The notes under the pieces were generated by a model. The model was not told where the DNA came from, did not search any database, and saw nothing but the letters and a program-made list of their open reading frames with translations. The translations under genes were made by a program, and so were the position numbers. Below, one piece after another: positions 54,480 to 63,785 of a DNA stretch of 64,000 nucleotides. How positions within the stretch are numbered: the stretch's first letter is position 1; every line of letters begins with the position of its first letter. This DNA comes from Candidatus Bathyarchaeum sp. (GTDB taxonomy: Archaea > Thermoproteota > Bathyarchaeia > Bathyarchaeales > Bathyarchaeaceae): the NCBI GenBank assembly GCA_026014565.1, contig JAOZIB010000018.1, positions 64,444 through 128,443 of the forward strand, in the 5' to 3' direction.

Positions 54480-55349
54480 ATGACAGACATAGAAGAAGAC
54501 GCATATTCTACTATTTTCACTTCTTTGAATCATTTGGTTCGCAGAAAAATCCTTAAAATGCTAGCTGAAGAACCGCGAACGTTCTCAGACATGTTTGAGT
54601 CTCTTGGAATATCTAGCTCTCATTTTAACTATCACCTTGACAACCTCGGAGACTTGGTAAACAAAACAGAAGACGGAAAATACAAACTTTCATTTCTGGG
54701 CGAAGCCGCAATGGCCATGATGTCAAAAGTTGAAGAAGCACCCCAACCCCAAGAAAAAAAACATTCTTCAACATTTCTTATGAAAAATTGGAAGTATTTT
54801 AGTCTCATAATGATAATTGGAATAGCTTTTTTGGCGACGGCTAACCTCATGCAATTTAGCACCTTAGCAAAAATATCAGAGGACAATCAGGACATACTTG
54901 CATCGAATGAATTATTATGGAACCGTTACGCCTCAACGATGATTTCATCAGATGATTCTCCCCGAATATCCAAAATGGAAGCGATTCAAATCGGTCTTAA
55001 AGGAGATTGGAACGAAGAAAGCCTTGAAGGAATGATTGTGGATGCAAAGATAGTGATTTTCAGGTTTGAAACAAAATTAGTCCAGACATCCATAGCAGAA
55101 GAACCAGTTGAGAAATTAATGCCTGTTGCAGTAATTTACGAAATAACTGAAAAGGTAACAAATTATGCTCCATACACCAACAACCACGGAACTTATCATT
55201 ATATTTGGGAAATTACGGTAAGACCAATTCAAGATTATTTAGACAAAGACTTCACAAATGCTCCTTCAGCCATTTACCATGTTGATGCATACGATGCGAG
55301 AACATATCTGAGTCTTTACGAGTTGCTATACATGGACAGCAACAACTAA
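54480..55349 (+). CDS. Membrane-anchored ArsR-like wHTH protein with extracytoplasmic C-terminal domain
   Basis: N-terminal wHTH (RRKILKMLAEEPRTFSDMFESLGISSSHFNYHLDNL...YKLSFLG), a single TM (YFSLIMIIGIAFLATANLM), and a ~160-aa C-terminal domain. Confidence 0.55.
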   Translation: MTDIEEDAYSTIFTSLNHLVRRKILKMLAEEPRTFSDMFESLGISSSHFNYHLDNLGDLVNKTEDGKYKLSFLGEAAMAMMSKVEEAPQPQEKKHSSTFLMKNWKYFSLIMIIGIAFLATANLMQFSTLAKISEDNQDILASNELLWNRYASTMISSDDSPRISKMEAIQIGLKGDWNEESLEGMIVDAKIVIFRFETKLVQTSIAEEPVEKLMPVAVIYEITEKVTNYAPYTNNHGTYHYIWEITVRPIQDYLDKDFTNAPSAIYHVDAYDARTYLSLYELLYMDSNN

Positions 55350-55507
55350 AAACAATAAAAAGCCGCGCCATGCCAAAGATGCACAAAAACAACTCCATGT
55401 TGACAACCAAGCATTAATGTGAATTCATCGTAGATTTTGATGTTCCCATATGGGGGAAAGAAAAAATCAAAACATCCAGAAAAAAAGTTGCAACATACAG
55501 CGGAACC

Positions 55508-56140
55508 GTGGTAGTGGTTTTAGTTTTGGTAGCAATGATTGTTCAAGCCAACATCAACAGCGTCAACACCACAAAAAGAATTCGTGTTGCCTGCATGGGC
55601 GACAGCATAACTGACGAATACATCAGTGATTACCCCAGTCAGCTGCAAAGCATGCTTGGGGAAAACTACACTGTTGAAAGTTTTGGAGTCATGGGAGCAA
55701 CTGCATTGTTAGATACACATCACCCATATTATTATGAACATAAATTTGGTTCTGCAAAAACGTTTTTGCCAGACATTGTTGTTGTCATGCTTGGAACCAA
55801 CGACGCCCGCACAGATAATTTCCAGTCCATAGAAAACTTTGTGTCAGATTACACAAAAATCCTCAATCAAATTCAGTTACTGGGAACTAAGCCAAAAATC
55901 TTTATTGTGAAACCGCCTCCAATTTTTGAAAATAATCTTGACTTGCAAGGTGAAAGCTTTGCAGAAACAGTAATTCCCTTGATTGAAAAATTAGGAAATG
56001 AACAGAAAATATCGGTTATTGACGTGTACTCTGAAATGAAAAATCATCCTGAATACTTTGTTGATGGAGTTCACCCTAACACGGAAGGGGCTACGGTGAT
56101 AGCAACCCAAGTTTATAACGCAATAATCAGTTTAAATTGA
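55508..56140 (+). CDS. SGNH/GDSL-family hydrolase (esterase) with N-terminal anchor
   Basis: Block I ACMGDSITD, block III GTNDA, block V DGVHPN. Confidence 0.8.
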   Translation: MVVVLVLVAMIVQANINSVNTTKRIRVACMGDSITDEYISDYPSQLQSMLGENYTVESFGVMGATALLDTHHPYYYEHKFGSAKTFLPDIVVVMLGTNDARTDNFQSIENFVSDYTKILNQIQLLGTKPKIFIVKPPPIFENNLDLQGESFAETVIPLIEKLGNEQKISVIDVYSEMKNHPEYFVDGVHPNTEGATVIATQVYNAIISLN

Positions 56141-56155
56141 AGAATGCCTGAAAAA

Positions 56156-57289
56156 TTAGCCAATTAGTGTTCTTAAAACAGGTATTTTTTTCATTACAAG
56201 AATTATTCCAAGGGTGATAAACAATGTCGCTGCAGTTATTATTGGAACCCCAATAACAGGGTTTATTGTAGTCAGACTTAGTTGGAACCCCAGATATCCT
56301 CGTTGAAAGGTTTCCATAACGATAAGGTGCCCCAAGTAAATCGGTAAGGTGTTTTTGCTGATGGCATGGGTGATGCGACAAACAACAGGATGTTTTCCGC
56401 ATGGCCAATCAGGGGGAAATTTGCACAATATCATAAACAAGGTAATGGAAGCTAAGATCACGTTTACTGAGAGGTAATCGAAAAAGAAGTATTTTTCACC
56501 GATGGAGTAGAAATGGAATCGCATAAGCCAAGTGCTAATTATTGTGAAAACTACACTTGCGGTGAACAACCCATACAAGATTTTTGACTTGACTTTGATT
56601 TGTTGTAGGTATATTCCTAAAATGAAGTATCCAATTGTTCCACCCATAACAAACAGGCCTTCGTTTAAGGCGTAACCGCTAACCAGTTGTAGTAGCGGAA
56701 CCAGTGCGACTCCGATAAACCACAAAGTGACAAGATATTTGAGAATTTTTTGAGAATCGTATGAGACTATTGCCCTTAATATCGGAGTGAGCAAATACAG
56801 TCCTACTATGAGGTAAATGAACCAGAAATGGTAGTAAGCTCCAGAAAAGAGGCTGTAAATTGTGCCTTCAATAACGTTGAAAAACGTGATTGGGGTTCCT
56901 GAAATAAAAAATGCCCATACCAGATAGATAAAGCTCCAGAAAACGAAGGCAACTCCGAGCCTGTTTAAGCGCTTTTTGAAAAAGAACCGGATGGATTCGT
57001 GAAGTTTTGAGGGTTGAAGCAGTAAAGCTCCGCTTAGCATAACAAACAAGGGCACACAAGGCAATGTGAGGGATTTGTAAACGGTAGAAGTCCACCAGTA
57101 AAATCCTGATTCAAGGGGGCTGAGCAGTATTGTGGTGTAGTATTCATTTGCGGCGTGAAGCAACAACACCATGACGATGCCGCAGGTTCGAATAAGGTCT
57201 ACGGGGATTGCAAAGTCGTTTGCGGCTTCGTTGTTTTCAGGTTCAGAGACTACGATGATTAGGCACGTCCCAGCCGTGATTACCCCCAC
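56156..57289 (-). CDS. Acyltransferase family 3 (membrane O-acyltransferase)
   Basis: 377 aa, ~10 TM helices, with the N-terminal RTCGIVMVLLLHA motif typical of Acyl_transf_3. Confidence 0.7.
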   Translation of the reverse strand: MGVITAGTCLIIVVSEPENNEAANDFAIPVDLIRTCGIVMVLLLHAANEYYTTILLSPLESGFYWWTSTVYKSLTLPCVPLFVMLSGALLLQPSKLHESIRFFFKKRLNRLGVAFVFWSFIYLVWAFFISGTPITFFNVIEGTIYSLFSGAYYHFWFIYLIVGLYLLTPILRAIVSYDSQKILKYLVTLWFIGVALVPLLQLVSGYALNEGLFVMGGTIGYFILGIYLQQIKVKSKILYGLFTASVVFTIISTWLMRFHFYSIGEKYFFFDYLSVNVILASITLFMILCKFPPDWPCGKHPVVCRITHAISKNTLPIYLGHLIVMETFQRGYLGFQLSLTTINPVIGVPIITAATLFITLGIILVMKKIPVLRTLIG

Positions 57290-57459
57290 AATTCATCAAT
57301 GACTTATTAACATTTTGTTGAAAAATACACATTTTACTATAAAAAATAAAGAAAAAAATGTAAGTTCAACTAGAATTGAGAATGAGATCAATTTTGCACA
57401 AGTTAACAAAAGTTAAATTGAATAACCTAACCAACTGTCTCCCGTAGAAGTGCACAGAA

Positions 57460-58353
57460 ATGAAGATGGGAGTCCTAACAAGCCAACCAGAACCAATTGA
57501 AGGCTTTGACGAAACATTCTATTGCGTAAAAGGCTGCACGGGCAGAGTCAAAAAACCTGCAGACAAATGTTATAACATAATCAGCTGTTTTGGCGATAAT
57601 GTTACCGGAAGAAAAAAACCTGAATGGTTAGCGGTTTCTAAACACGGAAAAGCAAACCGAAAAAACAAGAACCACAGGTTTTTGTGGGATATTATCTGTC
57701 CAAGTGCTGAAGAATACAAGCAACAGATTCTTAATTTAGTAAAGGATGCCCTGAAGTCTGACGTTACAGGAATTCACCTGGAGTCTATTGGTTTTCCAAG
57801 GTCTGAATATTGTACCTGTGAGCGATGTACCCAAAAATATGAAAAAAGCAAAATGGAATGGATAGAGTGGCGGGCAAAAATAGTAACTGACCTTGTTGCA
57901 GAAACTTCCGAACTAGTTAGGAAAAGCAACAAGGGCTTTTCAGTAACTATACTGCCGGACCCATGCTTTGGCAAAGAAAGATATGGCGAAGACTTCCACG
58001 CCTTGGCAAAATATGTTGACTTCTTTTTGGTTCCCATCTACGACATGCATTACTCAACAACCTATTGGTTAGAAAATTTGGCGTTTGATTTTAGTAAACA
58101 ACTAAAAAAACCCCTTTACATCGAACTGTACGCCAGTAACCCCGGACCCAAACTAAAAAACCTGCTATCAGCAATGGTTTGCATATCCAAATATGCAGAC
58201 GGAATAATCCTAGCAACCCACGACCCTTGCCTAACCAAAGAAATCCAACAGAAAATGATTGCAGACAACGAACTCATCAAGTTTTTACAAAAACACAAAT
58301 GCGAACAACTAACAGAAATAATTGAAAACTGGAAAGATGGTTTCAACATATAA
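57460..58353 (+). CDS. Hypothetical protein, glycoside-hydrolase-like TIM-barrel (GHL/DUF187-like) candidate
   Basis: GIHLESIGFPRSEYCTCERCTQKY resembles the ...D.IR.P....C.C..C motif of GHL10-type proteins. Weak assignment. Confidence 0.35.
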   Translation: MKMGVLTSQPEPIEGFDETFYCVKGCTGRVKKPADKCYNIISCFGDNVTGRKKPEWLAVSKHGKANRKNKNHRFLWDIICPSAEEYKQQILNLVKDALKSDVTGIHLESIGFPRSEYCTCERCTQKYEKSKMEWIEWRAKIVTDLVAETSELVRKSNKGFSVTILPDPCFGKERYGEDFHALAKYVDFFLVPIYDMHYSTTYWLENLAFDFSKQLKKPLYIELYASNPGPKLKNLLSAMVCISKYADGIILATHDPCLTKEIQQKMIADNELIKFLQKHKCEQLTEIIENWKDGFNI

Positions 58354-58448
58354 GGTGTAAGATTTCAGAAAACACAAACGAGTTAAAATGTCGAAGAAGG
58401 ATTTGTTAGAGTTAGTAACTATCATATATTGGATAATTTGAGTCTGCC

Positions 58449-58997
58449 TTATTTTGTTAATTTCATCCATTCATGGTCAAGGATAGCAAATAATAACGTG
58501 TCATACCATTTTCCATTTTTCCATTTATGTTCATGGAAGTACCCTTCAGTTTTCATGCCGATTTTCTCCAAGACATGCGCCGATGCTTTGTTGTCAAGGG
58601 CACATGTAGCAAATATTCGATGTAATTTTAGTTGAGTGAATCCAAAATTTTGTAGTGCTTGTGCGGTTTCAGTTGCAAAGCCCTGCCCCCAGAAATTACA
58701 ATTAAGTACATATCCGAGGTATCCTTCACGATTAGATGGGTTTACCACATAGATTCCACAACCACCAAGGAGTGTGTTTGTTGTTTTGAGAACTATTGCC
58801 AAAGTGAAGTTTTTGCGTGGTGATTCTTTTTTATTCAGAAGGGCTTTTTGAATGAAGGCTTTGCTATCGTCCTCTGTGTTAGGTCCCCAGTCCACATAAC
58901 GAACAACATCTAAGTTGGACGAGTAATTATATACAGATTTCCAGTCTTCTTCAACGAAATCCCGCAATATAAGCCGCTTTGTAGACATAACGTCCAT
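58449..58997 (-). CDS. GNAT family N-acetyltransferase (RimJ/RimL-like)
   Basis: RLILRDF..EDW, GYVLNCNFWGQGFATE and the C-terminal LEKIGMK.EG pattern. Confidence 0.8.
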   Translation of the reverse strand: MDVMSTKRLILRDFVEEDWKSVYNYSSNLDVVRYVDWGPNTEDDSKAFIQKALLNKKESPRKNFTLAIVLKTTNTLLGGCGIYVVNPSNREGYLGYVLNCNFWGQGFATETAQALQNFGFTQLKLHRIFATCALDNKASAHVLEKIGMKTEGYFHEHKWKNGKWYDTLLFAILDHEWMKLTK

Positions 58998-59167
58998 AAA
59001 TTCACCGGTATCAAAAAATACTGAAAAACATTAAACATAAAAAATTTTCCAACTAAATTCCAACACAAATCAGTTCTTAATGAGGAATTAGGTGCAGAGG
59101 TTGGAATTCTAATTGGAATCTCACCATATTCTAATTTATTTTAAACTTTGGAATTTATTGTTATGAA

Positions 59168-59644
59168 TCATTTTTTTAGTTTGTGCAACTCGTCTTTTGC
59201 TTTGGAGATGACTTTTTTCATTTTTTCAGGAGTTACTCCATCTGCCTTAAGGGCGGAAATTTCACTGATGAGAGGACTCAAAAGGTCCAAGTTGTCAATG
59301 AAGGTAAGGTGGAAGTCTTTTGATAACGCTACTGTGAAGTCTTCAAAGGTGTTATGAGCTAGCAGAATGGATTCGCGGACTTTCTGAGTAATGTTTTCTT
59401 TTAGTTTGTCGTGTTTTTGTATTATTTCGTTTCCTTGAGCAGTGATACTATACAGGGTTTTGTTTCCCTCTTTTTTTCCAACTATCCACCCTTTATCTTG
59501 CATAGATTTTAGCAAAGGGTAAACCGACCCTGTGCTGGGTTTTTTACCAGTTAACGTCCCTACTCTTTTGATTATCTGATATCCACTAACGGTCTCTCTG
59601 GAAATAATTTTTAGCATACACATCTTGAGCATTCCTTTCAGCAC
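59168..59644 (-). CDS. PadR-family transcriptional regulator
   Basis: ISRETVSGYQIIKRVGTLTGKKPSTGSVYPLLKSMQDKGWI is a PadR wHTH signature. There are several possible Met starts. Confidence 0.8.
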   Translation of the reverse strand: MLKGMLKMCMLKIISRETVSGYQIIKRVGTLTGKKPSTGSVYPLLKSMQDKGWIVGKKEGNKTLYSITAQGNEIIQKHDKLKENITQKVRESILLAHNTFEDFTVALSKDFHLTFIDNLDLLSPLISEISALKADGVTPEKMKKVISKAKDELHKLKK

Positions 59645-59716
59645 AAAATTTCACCTGCATTTCGATAAATTGTGGATAGATATGTGGTTCTTGGGTAATT
59701 ACAGTTTAGGTTCTCT

Positions 59717-59733
59717 GTACATGTATGATGTAC
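59717..59733. promoter_or_regulatory. Palindrome GTACAT-N5-ATGTAC upstream of padR (candidate autoregulatory operator)
   Basis: gtacatgtatgatgtac lies ~75 nt upstream of the padR ORF. It contains ACAT/ATGT half-sites of the kind bound by PadR-family proteins. Confidence 0.35.
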
Positions 59734-59795
59734 TCTAAAAACAAACCGGGGGGTCAACACAAATCCAAGGTACAGAAAGGAGTTGTATGAATTTG

Positions 59796-60602
59796 TCAAT
59801 AAGTTTTTGCCCAGGATATAATTGCTAGTTTTCGCGTATCTTTTAACAAAAGTTTTCCGTTTTTTTTCACCAAAAGTTCGTTGAGGCATGTCCTTAATTT
59901 TTCTTTTTTTCCATACAGGTTAAAGATTTTCACGTACTTTGATACGGCTTCATCTAAAGTGTTATAGTGTTGATCAACTGCAAAATCCCAAATCTCAACA
60001 TTGGCAAGTATTCCTAAATCGTGAAGAATGTTGTAAACGTAGATGTAGTCACCTAATTTGCTGATGGGACTTGTGTTTCCGTGGATAATTTTTTGCAGTT
60101 CTTGGTTCATCCATTCTGAAGCTGGCAAAAAAAGATATACGTATTTTTTTGCAAGTGTATTCATCTTTTGTAAAACGGTTACAAGGTCAAGCATACATAA
60201 AGAAAGAGAAGCTACCACAAGGTCATGTGGTTGAATGTCTTCATTTGCAAGTAGGTCTTCAAATGGGCGGTTAACAGTAACAATATTGTTCACGTTTTCT
60301 TTTTCTGCAATTGATTTCAAGAATGCAAGCATGTTTTCAGATGGCTCTACAGCAGTAACTTGTTTAACACAATTAGCTATGGGGATTGTTAGCCGCCCAG
60401 TGCCAGCTCCAACATCCAAAACAGTACAACCAGACGATAACTGCAAGCAATCCAATTGATACTTTGTTAGGTTCTGCATCAGCACATTATTTTTGTCATA
60501 ATTTTCTGCCCATTTATCCCAATAGCTTACATTTACAAACTCGTTTCTGTAACTGCCAAGTATTTTGATTTTCCATAACTCTTCCCAATTTATCAAACTC
60601 AT
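59796..60602 (-). CDS. Class I SAM-dependent methyltransferase
   Basis: Motif I VLDVGAGTGRLTIP, then VTAVEPSENM. 268 aa. Confidence 0.85.
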   Translation of the reverse strand: MSLINWEELWKIKILGSYRNEFVNVSYWDKWAENYDKNNVLMQNLTKYQLDCLQLSSGCTVLDVGAGTGRLTIPIANCVKQVTAVEPSENMLAFLKSIAEKENVNNIVTVNRPFEDLLANEDIQPHDLVVASLSLCMLDLVTVLQKMNTLAKKYVYLFLPASEWMNQELQKIIHGNTSPISKLGDYIYVYNILHDLGILANVEIWDFAVDQHYNTLDEAVSKYVKIFNLYGKKEKLRTCLNELLVKKNGKLLLKDTRKLAIISWAKTY

Positions 60603-60691
60603 TGTTTAACTGACCTTTTCATTATGATAAAGCAAAAACAATTTTTTTACAGTTGATACCAACATTTTATCACACTGTTTTCCTTTGGACC

Positions 60692-63634
60692 TTAAGGATA
60701 CGAATATATTCCCCCAAGTTCGACCCCAAAGAAGTTTTGAATCATTTCTTGATGCACTGCTGCTGGGTCAATATCCACAAAAAGGTCAGGATGCATGCAC
60801 TTAGCAAAACAAAGCAAACCAACAGGGTAACGTATCCCTTGATTAATCAAGTAGTTTATGAGATGCACATTGTCCGCTGTAACTGCTGTTACTCCACTTA
60901 ACACTGTTTCTGCCTTCAACTCGTCTATTTCATTTTGATAACTTGTTACATTGTTGGGAGCGGTCATCAAACTGCTAATTTTTATGATGAAATCAGGATT
61001 TTGCTCCACAATAAATTCAAGACCCACAGTAGTACTAACAATAGAAGAATTAGCAATCATATTTACTCCCCCTGCAGTAGACATAAGTTCACTGACGGGA
61101 TGACTTGGACCAAAGGCACTCCAACCAAGTTTTCGAGGCTTAAGATACACCACGGGTTTTTCAGAAGCTGAAAGAGTTGATATTCGCTCCTCAACCAGAT
61201 TAACATAAGAATGAATCCAGTCAACAAGCTCTGCGGCCTTCTGTTCATTGTCAACGACGTGACCAATAGTAGTTATCATCGATGCGATTAATGAAGTGTC
61301 AACGGGGTTAGCAATGATTAAGGGGACGCCAGCACTTCGGATTTGACTGATAATTTCAGGACTAGAAGTTATCATGGTATCAGCAAGAACCAAATCCGGC
61401 GCCACATCCAACAACAGTTCAACATTAACAAACTTTGAGCTTTCACTTACAACAGGTTTGTCAATCATTGAAGGTGGAAAAATACTATATTCTCCTCTCC
61501 CCACAATCAAATCTTCACCACCTAAGGCGCAAACAACTTCAGTCCAGCCAGTAGTAAGACTGACAATACGGTCTACAGGAAGCGAAACTTCAACTTGTTC
61601 TCCTGTTTCATCCACGTATATAAGACGGTCAGGATGGGTATAGACTCCTTCTAATTTTTCATTAAAGAATTTTTGAATTAGCTCTTGATGCACCATTTTT
61701 GGGTCAATATCATCAAAAAGGGCAGGATGCATCCACTTGGCAAAATACAGTACAAGAACAGGGTAACGTATTCCTTGCACGATTGCACGATGATAATCAT
61801 ATGTATTACCCTCCGTAACTGCGGTCACTGAACTTAACCCTGTTCGACTGAATATCTCATCTATTTCACTTTGATAGAAGGTTACATTTGTGGGAATTGT
61901 TGACAAACTGCTCATTTTTATAATGAAATCAGGGTTGTGTTCCACAATAAATTCAGGACTAACCGTAACAGCTTCTACAGATGAGTTAGTAATCATGTTC
62001 ACTCCACCAGCCATAGAAACAAGGTCATCGATTGGACCTGCTGGACCCCAAGCTAAAGAATTCATCCAACACTCAACATAAACAGACGGCTTTTCACTTG
62101 ATGAAAGAGTTGATGTGCGTTCCTTAACCAAATTTATGTAAAAATCTATCCAGTCGATGAGTTCAGTAGCTTTCTCTTCATTGTCCAAGATATGACCAAG
62201 ATTGCGTATCATAGATTCAACCAGTGAAGTGTCTGCAGTATTTGCAACAATTAAAGGAATACCAAAGTCACGAATTTGACTGATAAGCTCGGGGTTCATT
62301 GTCATCATTTTGTCAGAGAGAACCAAATCAGGCTCCAGTTCTAACAACATCTCAACATTAACATAACGGGAACTTTCACCGACAACAGGTTTTTCAACCA
62401 TCGAAGAAGGAAAAATGCTATCTTCATTTCTCCCCACAATGAGGTCTTCACCACCCAAGGCACAAATAATTTCTGTCCAAGCAGTACTAAGACTGACAAC
62501 ACGCTCTACATTAGCAGGAACCTTAACTGGCTCTCCTGTTTCATCCACATATACATGATCCTCAGGATAAACAAACACACCTGTTAATTCTTCACCAAAA
62601 AATTTTTGAATCAACTCTTCATGCACCGCTGTGGGGTCAATATCCTCAAAAAGGGCAGGATACATCCACTTGGCGAAGGAAACCAAGCTAACAGGATAAC
62701 GTATTCCTTGAATAATCAAGTAATTATAAAAGCATACATTATTTTCCATGATTGCTGTAACTTCACTTAATTCTGGTTGACTCATTATAGCATCAACTTC
62801 ACTTTGATAATAAGTTACGTTGGTGGGAACGGTCATCAACTTGCTCATTTTTATTATAATGTCAGGATTTTGCTCTATAACAAACTCAGAACTCACGGTA
62901 ATACCTTCTATGGAAGAATCTGTGACAATGTTTGTTCCCCCTGCAGTAGAAATAAGGTCAGTGCATGGATGTAAGGGACCAAAAGCAAGCATGTCTTTTC
63001 GAGATATAAGGAAAACTGAAAGTTTTTCACTTTCCGAAAGAGTGGATGTACGGTCTTCAACAAGATTCACATAATAATCAATCCAGTCAACAAGCTCTGC
63101 GGCTTTGTCTTCATTGTTCACGATGCGCCCACAATTATTGATCATGGAAATAACTAACGAAATATTTGCAGGGTTCCCAATGATCAAGGGTATACCGGCA
63201 TCACGTATCTGATTAATGATTTCAGGGCTCATCATTACGTCAGCAAGCACCAAATCTGGCTCTTGTTCCAACACCAATTCGACATTAACGTATCGTGAGC
63301 TCTCAGCCACAACAGGCTTTTCAACCATTGAAGAAGGAAAGGTGCTATACTCGTTTCGGGCTACAATCAAGTCTGCACCTCCCAAGGCGCAGACAATGTC
63401 GGTCCAGCCAGTAGTAAGAGTGACAATTCGATTCACAGGAAGTGTTATGTTCACTTGTTCTCCGGTTGCGTCCACCATTGAAATGATTTCTGGCTCTGTT
63501 GACTCAGGCTCGGAAGGTTCAGGTCCACCACCCAAGAACAAGATATAAACTCCATAAGAGCCGCCGATAATCACTGCAAGAAGGATTATACCTAAAACAA
63601 TTTTTTTGTTTTTACTATTGAAAAGTGCACTCAT
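60692..63634 (-). CDS. Membrane-anchored tandem three-domain periplasmic-binding protein (class III, FecB/BtuF-like)
   Basis: 980 aa. The N-terminal TM anchor is similar to that of the 11602 gene. Three ~310-aa units follow, each with LPV(N/D)RIV(T/S)L(T/S)T(G/A)WTE..CALGG.DLIV.R...S.FP.SM..KPVV.ESS and FAKWMHPALF.DIDP. Confidence 0.8.
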   Translation of the reverse strand: MSALFNSKNKKIVLGIILLAVIIGGSYGVYILFLGGGPEPSEPESTEPEIISMVDATGEQVNITLPVNRIVTLTTGWTDIVCALGGADLIVARNEYSTFPSSMVEKPVVAESSRYVNVELVLEQEPDLVLADVMMSPEIINQIRDAGIPLIIGNPANISLVISMINNCGRIVNNEDKAAELVDWIDYYVNLVEDRTSTLSESEKLSVFLISRKDMLAFGPLHPCTDLISTAGGTNIVTDSSIEGITVSSEFVIEQNPDIIIKMSKLMTVPTNVTYYQSEVDAIMSQPELSEVTAIMENNVCFYNYLIIQGIRYPVSLVSFAKWMYPALFEDIDPTAVHEELIQKFFGEELTGVFVYPEDHVYVDETGEPVKVPANVERVVSLSTAWTEIICALGGEDLIVGRNEDSIFPSSMVEKPVVGESSRYVNVEMLLELEPDLVLSDKMMTMNPELISQIRDFGIPLIVANTADTSLVESMIRNLGHILDNEEKATELIDWIDFYINLVKERTSTLSSSEKPSVYVECWMNSLAWGPAGPIDDLVSMAGGVNMITNSSVEAVTVSPEFIVEHNPDFIIKMSSLSTIPTNVTFYQSEIDEIFSRTGLSSVTAVTEGNTYDYHRAIVQGIRYPVLVLYFAKWMHPALFDDIDPKMVHQELIQKFFNEKLEGVYTHPDRLIYVDETGEQVEVSLPVDRIVSLTTGWTEVVCALGGEDLIVGRGEYSIFPPSMIDKPVVSESSKFVNVELLLDVAPDLVLADTMITSSPEIISQIRSAGVPLIIANPVDTSLIASMITTIGHVVDNEQKAAELVDWIHSYVNLVEERISTLSASEKPVVYLKPRKLGWSAFGPSHPVSELMSTAGGVNMIANSSIVSTTVGLEFIVEQNPDFIIKISSLMTAPNNVTSYQNEIDELKAETVLSGVTAVTADNVHLINYLINQGIRYPVGLLCFAKCMHPDLFVDIDPAAVHQEMIQNFFGVELGGIYSYP
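60695..63490 (-). repeat. Intragenic tandem triplication (3 units of roughly 930 nt)
   Basis: Unit boundaries lie near 61630 (GVYTHPDR|LIYVDETGE) and 62570 (GVFVYPED|HVYVDETGE). Units are visibly similar along their whole length. Confidence 0.7.
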
Positions 63635-63764
63635 TTAAGTTCAGCTCCAACTAGAGTCATTGCGTGTTTTCGATTGAAAATGTAAAAAACTGCCGAAACA
63701 GCATCTATAGTCCATGAATATTTCAAACTAGGTAACTTTGACAAAGTGTATATCCCCTACAATT

Positions 63765-63785
63765 CTGGATGGATAAACCATCCAG
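63765..63785 (-). promoter_or_regulatory. Perfect 8-5-8 inverted repeat immediately downstream of a TATA box, upstream of the 3xSBP gene
   Basis: Gene orientation reads TTTATATAT-CTGGATGGTTTATCCATCCAG, with arms CTGGATGG/CCATCCAG. Confidence 0.65.
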
